Positions 23,621-34,253 of a stretch of DNA of 59,099 bases are shown here, in pieces; position 1 is the first letter of the stretch; the number at the start of each line of letters is the position of its first letter. Where the stretch lies: the NCBI GenBank assembly GCA_038208945.1, contig JBBQYE010000001.1:1-59099 (forward strand), given 5' to 3'. The position numbers and the translations under genes are program-made. The notes under the pieces are model-generated. The model made no database searches, was not told where the DNA came from, and was given only the letters and a program-made list of their open reading frames with translations. The stretch is from Leptolyngbyales cyanobacterium (GTDB lineage Bacteria > Cyanobacteriota > Cyanobacteriia > Leptolyngbyales > Leptolyngbyaceae).

Positions 23621-24094
23621 ATGCGATACTTAGCCACCGTAGAACCGAAGCCACTCTGGGGAAAACAATTACTACGACTCCATTGTAAAGAGGTTGATAA
23701 ATTCACCTGGCTTCCCATACAAGAAGAAATCACGCTTACGCTTGAGCACAAATTTCTCCCCGGTACGTTGGTGATGGCGCACATTACAGTCGCGAATCAC
23801 CACCTCCAGCGACTTGAAGAAGCAACCCAATCTATTGTGGCAACGTTGAATGGTTTTTCAACTAGCAGTCGGCGATATAAAGATTTGTCCCGTGACATTG
23901 AAGCGTGGAAAGAATCAATGCAGTTCCAGTTGGAAGAATTGCGCCGTCGCGAAGAAGATTTGATGAGACGTGCAGAAGAATTGCAGCTAAACCTGGTTTG
24001 CTCCATTGCTAATTCAGGTCAAGGACTGACGATTCCTCAATCTCTTGAAGAATACAAAGCTGCTGATGTAGAAGTGATGACCATTCGATCGTAA
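23621..24094 (+). CDS. Hypothetical protein, divergent paralog of the preceding gene
   Basis: MRYLATV...GKQLLRL...EAWKESMQFQLEELRRREE. Confidence 0.7.
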   Translation: MRYLATVEPKPLWGKQLLRLHCKEVDKFTWLPIQEEITLTLEHKFLPGTLVMAHITVANHHLQRLEEATQSIVATLNGFSTSSRRYKDLSRDIEAWKESMQFQLEELRRREEDLMRRAEELQLNLVCSIANSGQGLTIPQSLEEYKAADVEVMTIRS

Positions 24095-24230
24095 GTGGCT
24101 TGTGGAGTCCTAATTATTTTACTGTCCCTGTTGGGAGGCATCGATCGTAGTGTTAAAGCAGTACATCAAAGATCAAAGCTGCTCTCAAAACGCGAGACTT
24201 GCATCCCCTAATTCTGTTCATTAACCTCTG

Positions 24231-24257
24231 TAGAGACGTTCTAGTAGAACGTCTCTA
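24231..24257. repeat. REP-like hairpin, possible terminator
   Basis: TAGAGACGTTCTA-G-TAGAACGTCTCTA between convergent genes. Confidence 0.7.
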
Positions 24258-24267
24258 GCTAACATTT

Positions 24268-26301
24268 CTAACCTCTTGCTGCGGGTAAAGCAGGACGCGA
24301 AATTGGGTAGACATTCTCTCCAATCTGGGGAGATGGTTGATCGGTCAACAGAAATTCTCGCAGGAGGCGAACGGCAAATTTCTGCGCTAAACCTCCGACG
24401 ATTTTTTGACCCATTTTCTGAGTTTCTGGTTTTGCGAGTAGACGCGGCAGCAACGACAGCAGCTTGCCCTGATCAAACCCGCGAGTTTCTTGCAAAATAC
24501 TCCAGATGCGCTTGACGTGCTCTAGAGTTTGCTGATTCTCGGATAGTGCTACCGGACGCTCAACCGTCCAGCCTACCTGTTCACGAAATCGGTAATTCAC
24601 GGTTTGCCAAACGCTTTGACCGAGTGAATCTAATCCTTTGATAATCTCATTCACCAGGTTGGCGCGAATAAATTCACCCCGCTCTGAAAATAAGAAATCA
24701 ACCGCCTGGTCAAGGGCTTGATCGAGATCATAGTCTTGGTTGCTGCGAGCGTTCCGCAACAAATTTTCTAAGCGATTCCATCGAAAGCTGCCGTCTTTGA
24801 ACAGCAAATCTTTGAGCGATTCTCGAAGCTCAGGAGATTGATCGGTCAGCAATCGCTTTGCAACGTAAGGATATGCCTTGCTCAACACTTTGAATTCAGG
24901 ATCGACATGGATGGCGATGCCCTCTAGGGTGACGAGCGATCGGATAATCAACGCATAGTAAGCCGGAACCGTAAACGGATATTCATACATCAAGGATGAG
25001 AGTTGATCGGTGATACTTTTGATGTTAATTTCGGCAACACTGGCTCCTAACGCATCGTTAAAAACACTCGCAAAGGCAGGAATAATTGGCGTAAGGTCTG
25101 TGTCAGGAGTCAAAAACTCTAGCTTCACATAGTCGTGTGCTAAACCGTCGAAGTCTCGGTTGACCAGGTGAACGATCGCCTCGATCAATCCATATCTCTG
25201 ATAGGGTTTGACCTCGCTCATCATGCCAAAGTCTAAATAAGCCAGTTTGCCATCTGGCATTGCCAACAGATTGCCAGGGTGGGGGTCAGCGTGAAAGAAG
25301 CCATGCTCTAGAAGCTGCCGCAGCGAACACTGCACGCCCACATCGATCAAGTGAGTTGCGTCGATGCCCTGTTCTCGAATCTTGTCGAGTTCGGTCAGCT
25401 TGGTGCCCGTAATCCACTCCATTGTCAAGACGCGCCGCCCCGTGTATCGCCAATAGATTTTAGGCACATAGATTTCGGGGAGATAGCTGTAGAGAGCGGC
25501 AAATCGCTCGGCGTTGCGTCCTTCCTGGTTATAGTCTGTCTCTTCAAAAATGCGGGTGGCGAGTTCGTCAGCGATCGCGACCAGATTGCTCCGCACTCGC
25601 TTGATGTTGTTCATCGTCCAAGCCGCAATCTTTCGCAGGATATACATATCGAGGGCGATACTTTCAGCCAAGCCGGGGCGCTGCACTTTCACCGCAACCT
25701 CTTCACCCGTCTTGAGTTTGCCTCTATAGACCTGACCGAGAGACGCGGCAGCGATCGGCATCGGACTCAGTTCTGCATACACTTCACTCGGTTCAGCACC
25801 CAATTCTTCGCGGATGAACTGGAACGCGATCTCGTTGGGAAAGGGAGGCAACTGATCCTGAAGTTTGGTCAATTCTTCTAGATAAGTCGGGGGCACTAAA
25901 TCTGGACGGGTAGAGAGCGCTTGTCCAATTTTGATGAAGGCGGGTCCCAACGTGGTCAGCATCTTGCGAAGTTGGATCGCCTGCCCCTTTTGAGCGCGAT
26001 CGCCCCCTCCAGTCACCCGATCCCACCACAGCCGAAACGCGAACCAGACAAACGGCAAGAAGATGCCCAAGGTTCTCGCAAACACCTTAAAGGGTTGTCT
26101 CTCATAGCGAGCCGCGATCTCATCGGGGTCGTAGTGAATGCTGGGAGCCGTTTGCTCAGAGGGTACGTCATCCATCAAGATTTCAGATTCATTCGCGATC
26201 GTGACGGTTGATAAGTCCGCCATTTCTCGATCGACATCCTCAGTCGTGTACCTTGAGTCAATTGTCGTAACAGAAGCAGACTTATCGTTCATGACGCTCA
26301 T
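24268..26301 (-). CDS. ABC1/AarF/UbiB-family atypical kinase
   Basis: LGPAFIKIGQ, AASLGQVY, VAVKVQRP, FFHADPHPGN and LDFGM. Confidence 0.95.
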   Translation of the reverse strand: MSVMNDKSASVTTIDSRYTTEDVDREMADLSTVTIANESEILMDDVPSEQTAPSIHYDPDEIAARYERQPFKVFARTLGIFLPFVWFAFRLWWDRVTGGGDRAQKGQAIQLRKMLTTLGPAFIKIGQALSTRPDLVPPTYLEELTKLQDQLPPFPNEIAFQFIREELGAEPSEVYAELSPMPIAAASLGQVYRGKLKTGEEVAVKVQRPGLAESIALDMYILRKIAAWTMNNIKRVRSNLVAIADELATRIFEETDYNQEGRNAERFAALYSYLPEIYVPKIYWRYTGRRVLTMEWITGTKLTELDKIREQGIDATHLIDVGVQCSLRQLLEHGFFHADPHPGNLLAMPDGKLAYLDFGMMSEVKPYQRYGLIEAIVHLVNRDFDGLAHDYVKLEFLTPDTDLTPIIPAFASVFNDALGASVAEINIKSITDQLSSLMYEYPFTVPAYYALIIRSLVTLEGIAIHVDPEFKVLSKAYPYVAKRLLTDQSPELRESLKDLLFKDGSFRWNRLENLLRNARSNQDYDLDQALDQAVDFLFSERGEFIRANLVNEIIKGLDSLGQSVWQTVNYRFREQVGWTVERPVALSENQQTLEHVKRIWSILQETRGFDQGKLLSLLPRLLAKPETQKMGQKIVGGLAQKFAVRLLREFLLTDQPSPQIGENVYPISRPALPAARG

Positions 26302-26748
26302 GCAGTGAAACCGGATTGAAACGGTATGTAAAGCATTGTAACAACAAGCTTACAGAGTTCTCCTCTTTTCAGTTAATTATTTCCTTAGAAGCCATAGATC
26401 ATGGATTTAAAGAAGGATTCACGAACTATTTTGTAGGAAACTCCTCTGGAGCAATTAGCTACTTGATTCAAAGTAGTTCTATTCGGTCAGGGGTGTCGTC
26501 AACACAAAGCATGAAAAGTTTCGCTTTTGACCATTTGACAGCTAAAATAGGACAAATTTACTACCAGGAGCGCGAAAAAGAAACCCTTATCAGTTCCCTG
26601 ACCGCTAACATTGAATTGGGAACCTTTACAGATGCTTTTTCTACTTTTCAAACCATTCAGCAGACCCAACCCTCTTGTCTGAATTGAACGATCGTCAGAC
26701 GTTTATTTCAATCAGCCAGCGTCTCATTCCTCAGCTTGAAATTTGCCC

Positions 26749-28644
26749 ATGTTGCTGTCTCTGCAAATCGAAAACTTTGCCTTAATTGATCGTCTAGAGT
26801 TAGATTTTGGCTCAGGCTTACACGTTTTGACGGGTGAAACAGGTGCAGGGAAATCGATTATTTTAGATGCGATCGATGCTGCGCTAGGGGGCAAAGTCAC
26901 GAGTCGAGCCGTTCGCACAGGGGCAGAGCGCGCCTCGGTCGAGGCAACCTTTCGGATTGATCCCGCTATGAAAAACTGGCTAGACATCGAGCAAATCGAT
27001 CCCCTAGACGGTTCTCTCTTGGTCTGCACTCGCGAAATTGTTGCCAGTGGCAGCGGACAGCGCAACCGATCGCGCGTCAACGGCGTGTTGGTCAACAAAC
27101 AGCAAATGGAGTCGCTGCGCGATCGGCTTGTAGAAATCACCGCTCAGGGGCAGACCGTGCAATTAGGGCAGCCGAGCCTTCAGCGAGATTGGCTAGACAG
27201 CTATGGTGGGGCGACCCTGCTCAAACAACGAGAGCGCGTGAGTCAGGCGTTGTCTGTTTATCAGCAAGCGTCTCAGGCACTCGAAAAGCGTCGTCACTCT
27301 GAGCAACAGCGCCTTCAGCAGCTTGACCTGTTTGAATATCAACTTCGAGAACTCAATGTCGCCAATCTTAGCGATCCCGATGAGATTGAGCAGCTAGAAC
27401 AGGAGCGAAAACGCCTCGGTCACAGCGTCGAATTGCAGCAGCAGAGCTACGAGGCATATCAGTCGCTCTATCAGAACGAAAATGGCGATGATGCGTGTTC
27501 TGACCTTTTGGGTAAAGCCCAATCGCTTTTGACGGATATGTTGCGCTATGACGAGCAGATTCAGCCGATTTTGGATCTCGTCACGTCAGCCCTCGCGCAG
27601 GTCGAAGAAGCGGGACAGGAAATCAATGCCTATGGAGACGGGCTAGAGACCGACCCTCAGCGATTGCAGGAAGTTGAAGAACGCATCATTGAACTCAAGC
27701 AGATTTGCCGCAAATATGGTCCGAGTTTGGCAGAGGCGATCGGGCTTCAACAATCGCTCCAAGCTGAACTTGAAGGACTCACTGGAGCCGGACAGTCTCT
27801 CGAAGAACTTGAACAGACCGCCCACGATCGCAAAACTGAATTGACAGACGTGTGTGCAAAATTAACTCACCTACGTCAAACTGCTGCCAAGGATTTAGAA
27901 AATCGGCTCGTGGCAGAGCTAAAACCCCTAGCGATGGAAAAAGTCCAATTTCAAGTGGGGATCACGCCCGTCTCACCGACCTCTGCGGGAGCCGATCGCA
28001 TCACTTATTTGTTCAGCCCCAACCCTGGCGAACCGCTACAATCGCTGACTGAAACTGCCTCTGGTGGTGAGATGAGCCGTTTTCTACTGGCGTTACAGGC
28101 TTGCTTTTCGCAGGTCGATTCGGTCGGGACATTGGTTTTTGACGAAATTGATGTCGGGGTCTCAGGGCGGGTTGCTCAAGCGATCGCTGAAAAACTGCAT
28201 CATCTCAGCCGTCAGCATCAAGTTCTCTGTGTGACTCACCAGCCGATCGTGGCGGCGATGGCAGATCATCATTTCCATGTCGATAAGCAGGTCATTGACT
28301 TTAACGGCAGCGGGCAGGCGACAAAGGGCAAGAAGCGCAAGGCAAAAGACGCATCGGTTGAAGAAAATGGGTCTGCGGTAGATACGCCTGAACTGCGGAC
28401 GGTGGTGCGGGTGAGTGCGCTTGACCGTCAGCAGCGACGAGAAGAATTAGCCCAACTTGCGGGGGGGCACTCCAGCGACTCGACCAATGGCTCTAGCGAA
28501 GACGCAGCCTCTGCCTTTGCAGAATCTCTTCTCGCTCAGGCAGCAAGTCTTCGAGAAAATGGATCAGTTCAAGTCGATCACTCTGCTTCTGACACCGCTC
28601 GAAAACCTCGATCGACCCGGGTAAAAGCAGCGAAAAAGACCTAA
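26749..28644 (+). CDS. recN: DNA repair protein RecN
   Basis: LTGETGAGKS, SGGEMSR, FDEID.G and CVTH motifs. Confidence 0.97.
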   Translation: MLLSLQIENFALIDRLELDFGSGLHVLTGETGAGKSIILDAIDAALGGKVTSRAVRTGAERASVEATFRIDPAMKNWLDIEQIDPLDGSLLVCTREIVASGSGQRNRSRVNGVLVNKQQMESLRDRLVEITAQGQTVQLGQPSLQRDWLDSYGGATLLKQRERVSQALSVYQQASQALEKRRHSEQQRLQQLDLFEYQLRELNVANLSDPDEIEQLEQERKRLGHSVELQQQSYEAYQSLYQNENGDDACSDLLGKAQSLLTDMLRYDEQIQPILDLVTSALAQVEEAGQEINAYGDGLETDPQRLQEVEERIIELKQICRKYGPSLAEAIGLQQSLQAELEGLTGAGQSLEELEQTAHDRKTELTDVCAKLTHLRQTAAKDLENRLVAELKPLAMEKVQFQVGITPVSPTSAGADRITYLFSPNPGEPLQSLTETASGGEMSRFLLALQACFSQVDSVGTLVFDEIDVGVSGRVAQAIAEKLHHLSRQHQVLCVTHQPIVAAMADHHFHVDKQVIDFNGSGQATKGKKRKAKDASVEENGSAVDTPELRTVVRVSALDRQQRREELAQLAGGHSSDSTNGSSEDAASAFAESLLAQAASLRENGSVQVDHSASDTARKPRSTRVKAAKKT

Positions 28645-29670
28645 GCCGCTTCAAGGCTGATAACTCACATCAGACGCTGCAATGGGTCGCCGAACGGTTG
28701 AGCAAAGCGCCTCACAAACCTGGGGGCAGTGAAGTCAACAGCAGCCATTTCAGGAGATATCGCTGAGTGACTCTATTAGAGAGAATGCGAGGATTTAGGC
28801 GAATCGCCGTCTATAGCTTTTGACCAACATTGACCTGCGCGTCACTTTTAACATCAGCTATGATTAGCCGGCTAAACTGATAAATGTTGGCTAGACTTTG
28901 GTTTTTCAGATGTTGTAGCGTTTGAGGAGCCGGTTTAAATCCTCGATCGATTACAATCACGTTATATTTCTCTGTCACGTCAACTTCGATAGAAAGAGAT
29001 CTTAAAGAGTAACGGTAGAAAATCTGAGATTTTTGTTATGAGCAGGAATCCATACAGAAACTGTCTGCATGGTGAGTTATGAAATACCTACAAATCGTGA
29101 GTGTCAGCAAAACCTCTCTAAATTTGCGCGCCCATACACAAACTTTGTATGAATCTATCTTACTTTAGACCTATTCACGTTGACCGCGCATTCGTCAGCA
29201 ATTTGCGTGAGGTTCACTGTATTTTTGTATATATCTAGAAAAAACTGTGGTTTCCCTTTATTGTCTAAGAAAGCACTCAGCAACTTTCTCACTGTCAAAT
29301 GTCGATGCAATTAGCATAAAGACTCTCAGAAGGGGGAACCATGAGAGCAGCCGATCGGTGGTCGTAAGAGCAGTCAGACTATTCCATAAATAGAAATGGC
29401 AAAAATCCTCTGTTTAAAGCGATCGAGTGTGGTGAGCACCTACAAACCCTTGATGGCAGCAAATAATCAACCCCGAAGTGCTCAAGTGACGAGGCAAGGG
29501 ATGTCAGTTAGTAGAAATTGGTACATCTAGTCTTTGGTCACCGTGTCAGAATCGTCTTAGATAGAACGTGTTTCATAAACCACGATCGTTCAGTCATGAT
29601 TCACAGCTTACCATCGCTCCGTTGCTCGTTTAGACAGAACGGATTCCTTTAGTTTCTCACTGAAATCGTT

Positions 29671-32379
29671 ATGACTCCTGCATCTCCCCATCTACCCAAC
29701 CGAAATTCTAGTGATGTCGTTACAGACGCGGCTATTACAAATAGTCCTGTCTATCTGATTAGCGATCACAATTCTGACTCCTTAACGAGCGAAACCCACT
29801 ATGGCGACGATGTGGCGACGTGGAGTAACGCGATCGTAGAACCCTCTTCGTTTGGTATTGCGACCCATGATTCGTCTGAATCAGGTCTGGCACCGAGTAA
29901 GAGTTCGCTGTCGGCACCGAAAGGTAAGTTTGCTTCCTTGCTCGCGCCTTTGACGCAAGACAAGTTTAAGGAAGTTGTTTATGAGGTTGAGCAAAAGCTA
30001 AGAATCGTCAACCAAACTCTTTCGATGCTTGATATGCAGGGGTTTGACACCATTTTAGAAGAGATGCTCACCTCGATCACAACTAAAACTGGAGAGTTGC
30101 TCAACGCCGATCGCACCACGATTTATTTGCTAGACGAAGAGAAAAACGAACTCCACACGACGGTCACCAACGATACTGATGGACGCAGCTTTGAAATTCG
30201 ATTCCCTGCCGATCAGGGCATTGCCGGAGAAGCCGCCACTTTTAAACGGGGGGTCAACATCCAATATGACTTTTTTGATGACCCTCGATCGGGGCAAGCA
30301 AAAATTCAGTATCAGAAGCTAGGATATCGCGCTTACACAATGCTGACATTGCCCCTCCTCAACGATGATGGAAATCTGGTGGCAGTGATTCAACTGCTCA
30401 ATAAGCTCAAGCCAGGGTGCGATCGCTCAACTCCTCTCAATGAGCGAATCGATCTGGGTGGCTTTACCCACTGCGACGAGCAGCTTTTTATCGAATTTGC
30501 TCCTTCGATTCAACTGATTCTAGAGTCGTCTCGATCGTTCTATATTGCAACACAACGACAGCGAGCAGCTAATGCGCTGATTAAGGCGACTCAATCGCTC
30601 AGTCAAAGCAGCTTGGATTTGGATGACACTCTGATGCGAGTCATGGATGAAGCCAAAAAGCTGATGAACGCCGATCGCAGCACTCTTTGGCTGATTGACC
30701 GAGAGCGAGACGAGATTTGGACTCGTGTGGTGATGGCAGACGGCAACCTAAAAGAGCTGCGGTTTCCGATCGGGGTTGGCTTCGCGGGTCAAGTCGCTGC
30801 CTCTGGCGAAGTCATCAATATCCCCTTCGATCTCTATGATCACGAGGGAGCCGAAACCGCCAAAAAAACCGACCAAGAAACAGGCTACCGAACCTGTAGC
30901 CTCTTGTGTATGCCGATTCGCAACGTCAATGGCGATCTGATTGGGGTGACTCAACTCGTCAACAAAAATAAACAGGGATACTTTTCCGATTACAATCCCA
31001 GCTATTGGCCCGCAGCGCCTGAATCTTGGAAAGCCAGCTTTAATCGCAGCGATCAGGAGTTTATGGCGACCTTCAACATTCAGGCGGGGGTCGCTCTGCA
31101 AAATGCCAAACTGTTTGAGACTATCAAACAGCAAGAGCAGATGCAGCGAGACATTTTGCGATCGCTCTCTAATGGCGTGATCTCCACCGATAAAGAAGGT
31201 TACATCATTGCTGCCAACGAAAGCGCCAAGAAGCTATTGGGTTTAGACAGCAATGAGTCGCTAGAAGGGCATTTAATCTCAAAGCTGGTGCAGATTGAGA
31301 AGGGAGATTTCCCGAAGTGGTTTGACATGGCGATCGGCGATAAAAACCGCCAGCAAGATTATCCTGACCAAACCCTACAGCCCGCAAAAGGAGAAGAACA
31401 GCACAGTATTAATTTATCGATCAATACGATCGCCGATGCCAACGACAGCAAAAAAATCTCTGGGGCGCTGGTCGTTATGGATGACATCAGCGATGAAAAG
31501 AGACTCAAAAGCACGATGTATCGCTACATGACTCAAGAACTGGCAGAACAGTTGTTAGAAAATCCCGACGCTGCCAAGATGGGAGGCGATCGTAAAGAAG
31601 TCTCGGTGTTGTTCTCCGACATTCGCAGCTACACGACGCTCACCGAAACCTTGGCGGCTGAAGAAGTTGTCGAACTGCTCAACCAATATTTTGAATCGAT
31701 GGTGGATGCCGTGTTCGCCCACAAAGGCATTCTCGACAAATACATCGGCGACGCGATTATGGCGGTTTTCGGCTCGCCATTACCCCTCGATGATCACGAG
31801 TGGATGTCGGTGCAAACGGCGGTTGATATGCGTCACCGCCTCACTGACTTCAACGCAAAACGTCGAGCAGACCATAAGAAAACCATCAAAATCGGCATTG
31901 GCATCAACTCCGATACGGTGATCAGTGGCAACATCGGCTGTAGCAAACGCATGGAGTTTACAGCGATCGGAGATGGGGTTAATCTCGGCGCTCGGCTAGA
32001 AGGAGCCACCAAGATCTATGGCACCGATATTGTGATTAGTGAGAGCACCTATCGCCCTGTGAGCGATCGCATTTGGACTCGTGAACTTGACTTTATTAAA
32101 GTCAAAGGCAAAAACAACCCGGTTGCTGTCTACGAATTGGTGGGGCTACGATCGGAAACCGTTTCTGACCAAAAACAGCAGGTGATCGAGCACTATGAGA
32201 AAGCCCGACGGCACTATTTAAACCGCAAGTTTGCTCTCGCGATTGCTGGATTTGCAACCGTTTTAGAAATTGACAGTCATGACAAAGCGGCGGCGCTGTA
32301 CATGGAGCGCTGTCAACATTGGCTCACAAATCCTCCGATTGGCGAGTGGGATGGGGCATGGGCGCTAACCGAAAAATAG
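29671..32379 (+). CDS. cyaB: Class III adenylate cyclase, GAF-GAF-PAS-CHD-TPR (CyaB-type)
   Basis: Two GAF domains with NK..F motifs, a PAS domain, FSDIRSYT, KYIGDAIMA, T.IGDGVNL.ARLE and a C-terminal TPR. Confidence 0.9.
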   Translation: MTPASPHLPNRNSSDVVTDAAITNSPVYLISDHNSDSLTSETHYGDDVATWSNAIVEPSSFGIATHDSSESGLAPSKSSLSAPKGKFASLLAPLTQDKFKEVVYEVEQKLRIVNQTLSMLDMQGFDTILEEMLTSITTKTGELLNADRTTIYLLDEEKNELHTTVTNDTDGRSFEIRFPADQGIAGEAATFKRGVNIQYDFFDDPRSGQAKIQYQKLGYRAYTMLTLPLLNDDGNLVAVIQLLNKLKPGCDRSTPLNERIDLGGFTHCDEQLFIEFAPSIQLILESSRSFYIATQRQRAANALIKATQSLSQSSLDLDDTLMRVMDEAKKLMNADRSTLWLIDRERDEIWTRVVMADGNLKELRFPIGVGFAGQVAASGEVINIPFDLYDHEGAETAKKTDQETGYRTCSLLCMPIRNVNGDLIGVTQLVNKNKQGYFSDYNPSYWPAAPESWKASFNRSDQEFMATFNIQAGVALQNAKLFETIKQQEQMQRDILRSLSNGVISTDKEGYIIAANESAKKLLGLDSNESLEGHLISKLVQIEKGDFPKWFDMAIGDKNRQQDYPDQTLQPAKGEEQHSINLSINTIADANDSKKISGALVVMDDISDEKRLKSTMYRYMTQELAEQLLENPDAAKMGGDRKEVSVLFSDIRSYTTLTETLAAEEVVELLNQYFESMVDAVFAHKGILDKYIGDAIMAVFGSPLPLDDHEWMSVQTAVDMRHRLTDFNAKRRADHKKTIKIGIGINSDTVISGNIGCSKRMEFTAIGDGVNLGARLEGATKIYGTDIVISESTYRPVSDRIWTRELDFIKVKGKNNPVAVYELVGLRSETVSDQKQQVIEHYEKARRHYLNRKFALAIAGFATVLEIDSHDKAAALYMERCQHWLTNPPIGEWDGAWALTEK

Positions 32380-32578
32380 AAGTCAGGGGAATGATGAAAG
32401 TTCGATGTCCTGAATTGAATCCTTGAGCAGCAGTGTTATCGTTGGTTCAAAGCAGTCGCTCGATCGGGGAATGTCTCGATTCTTGGCGATCGATTAAACT
32501 ATTTAAGTACAACTTCCTCAGCCATCTTTAGAACTCACGCCCAGCTAGATCAAAACGATTCACCACTCGTTATATTTT

Positions 32579-32761
32579 ATGTCTGACTCAAATCACCTCA
32601 CGGATAACATCACCTCAGCAGAACGCGCTGTTCCTGAACAGTCTGAGGGCACTTTGAATGACGCTCCTACTCTAAGTAGCCTCATTCCCAAAAATCTTAG
32701 CCCTAACAAAAAAGCAGTCATTGAACGGCTTATTGCGCTTCATCTCTCACAGGCGACCTGA
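32579..32761 (+). CDS. Small hypothetical protein
   Basis: ATG-started 60-aa ORF in an intergenic position; no recognisable motif. Confidence 0.4.
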   Translation: MSDSNHLTDNITSAERAVPEQSEGTLNDAPTLSSLIPKNLSPNKKAVIERLIALHLSQAT

Positions 32762-32897
32762 AATTCTTCCAGCATCTTCCGAGGTCTAACTCTGGGTCTA
32801 TCAATCTTTGAGCGCATTGCGAAATCCAGTCGCAGTGCTCTGTAGTCCTACCTAATTGCAGTACCTCGTCTCCCCATGGTCTCAGTTAGGTAAAAAG

Positions 32898-33587
32898 ATG
32901 ATGACCAAAGACAAATCCCTTCAATTTCTTCGAGAATTGATCGAGCGCGTCGAGACAGCCGATACAGACGATTTCTTTGACTTGGCGCAGATTGCAGGGC
33001 TAGATCCGCTTCAAGATTTTTCTGAAGCGAATTTAGGCGCGATCGATCTGCGGTCTAAAAATATGTCGGGTGCTGATTTAGTGAGCGCTGATTTGGCGGG
33101 TGCTCACCTGATTAACACCAATTTCACCAGCGCTAACCTAATTAACGCCAACCTCGCCCACTCAATTTTGATCAATGCCACCTTGACCGAGGCGTCGCTA
33201 ATTAGCGTAGACTTAACCTCTGCAAACCTGATGAAAGCAACGCTAGTTAGCGCCAATCTCACAGGTGCAAATTTGGTCAATGCAAATCTCAGCTATGCCG
33301 ATGTCCGTCGCAGCACTTTAACCGGAGCTAGACTGACTGGCGCAAATCTGATCGAGGCAAACTTTAGTCATGCCGATCTGCGTCGTGTCAATCTAGTTAA
33401 TAGTGATCTGAGCGGTGCCAGTCTCTATGGTGTAGACCTGAGCAGCGCTGATTTGCGGGGAGCGATTCTCATCGACACCGACTTGATTGGGGCAAGAGTC
33501 GAGAGAACTCGATTTGGGCAAACCGCAGACTTCTCTAGAGATCTGCGGCGTGATTTGAGACAGCGAGGGGCAATTTTGGAAGAGTGA
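32898..33587 (+). CDS. Pentapeptide-repeat protein
   Basis: Many A(N/D)Lxx repeats. Confidence 0.92.
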   Translation: MMTKDKSLQFLRELIERVETADTDDFFDLAQIAGLDPLQDFSEANLGAIDLRSKNMSGADLVSADLAGAHLINTNFTSANLINANLAHSILINATLTEASLISVDLTSANLMKATLVSANLTGANLVNANLSYADVRRSTLTGARLTGANLIEANFSHADLRRVNLVNSDLSGASLYGVDLSSADLRGAILIDTDLIGARVERTRFGQTADFSRDLRRDLRQRGAILEE

Positions 33588-33688
33588 GCGTCAGTCAGTT
33601 AGATAAAAGCCCAACAGAGAAAAGATTTCTTCGTTGGGCTTAACAGCACAAAATAGAAGTTAGTGTGAGTGACGTTAAAGAGCGATCG

Positions 33689-33841
33689 TTACCAATCTGA
33701 AAACCGTTTTTTACGAGACGGCTCACCCTCGTAAGGCTGAGTTCCTGTTGGTGGATAGGCATCGTCGTTAAGCCCAAAGACGCGGGTCAGGGCACCCGAA
33801 ACGTAGGTAATCACGTTATCAATTAGTTTGGGAAGGCGCAT
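33689..33841 (-). CDS. 50-aa small protein not in the ORF track
   Basis: GAGGTG RBS; MRLPKLIDNVITYVSGALTRVFGLNDDAYPPTGTQPYEGEPSRKKRFSDW; hairpin terminator at about 33606-33641. Confidence 0.8.
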   Translation of the reverse strand: MRLPKLIDNVITYVSGALTRVFGLNDDAYPPTGTQPYEGEPSRKKRFSDW

Positions 33842-34179
33842 AAAATTCACCTCTAAAATAGGTGGGTTTTGTGGAGAGCAAATGATTTACGTAGCGTGCT
33901 TGTAGCGATTTTGCCTCTAGAAAAATTATGCTGGATCTCAGTTGGTTTTGCGATCGAAAGACTTAATTGTTTAGACTTTCTCTTAACCTATTTTTAATAG
34001 TTATCAGAGCTTTCTGAGCCGATCGTTAAAAGCACCGATCGCCCTCTCACTCAAGATAGACATTTTTGATAAAAAATACTAAAAATATAACTTCATCAAA
34101 CTCTAAACGTCAGTAAATTTATGATTTTTTAGAAGATTTGCGTCTGACAGACAAAAAAACTGATTTCTTGCTTGCCTAT

Positions 34180-34200
34180 TTTTGGTTCTTTTGACTATAA
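34180..34200. promoter_or_regulatory. NrtR operator
   Basis: 21-bp TTTTGGTTCTTTTGACTATAA fits the NrtR GT-N7-AC palindrome, overlaps a TATAAT -10 box and lies upstream of an operon containing nrtR. Confidence 0.75.
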
Positions 34201-34253
34201 TTCAGAAAGTCGTCAATACAAAGGTGACGCTCAACTAATTTAAGGAGAATCGG

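Noticed and set aside
29341-29367. Possible uORF MRAADRWS behind a G-rich RBS-like sequence
   Set aside because: Too short to support without conservation or Ribo-seq data.
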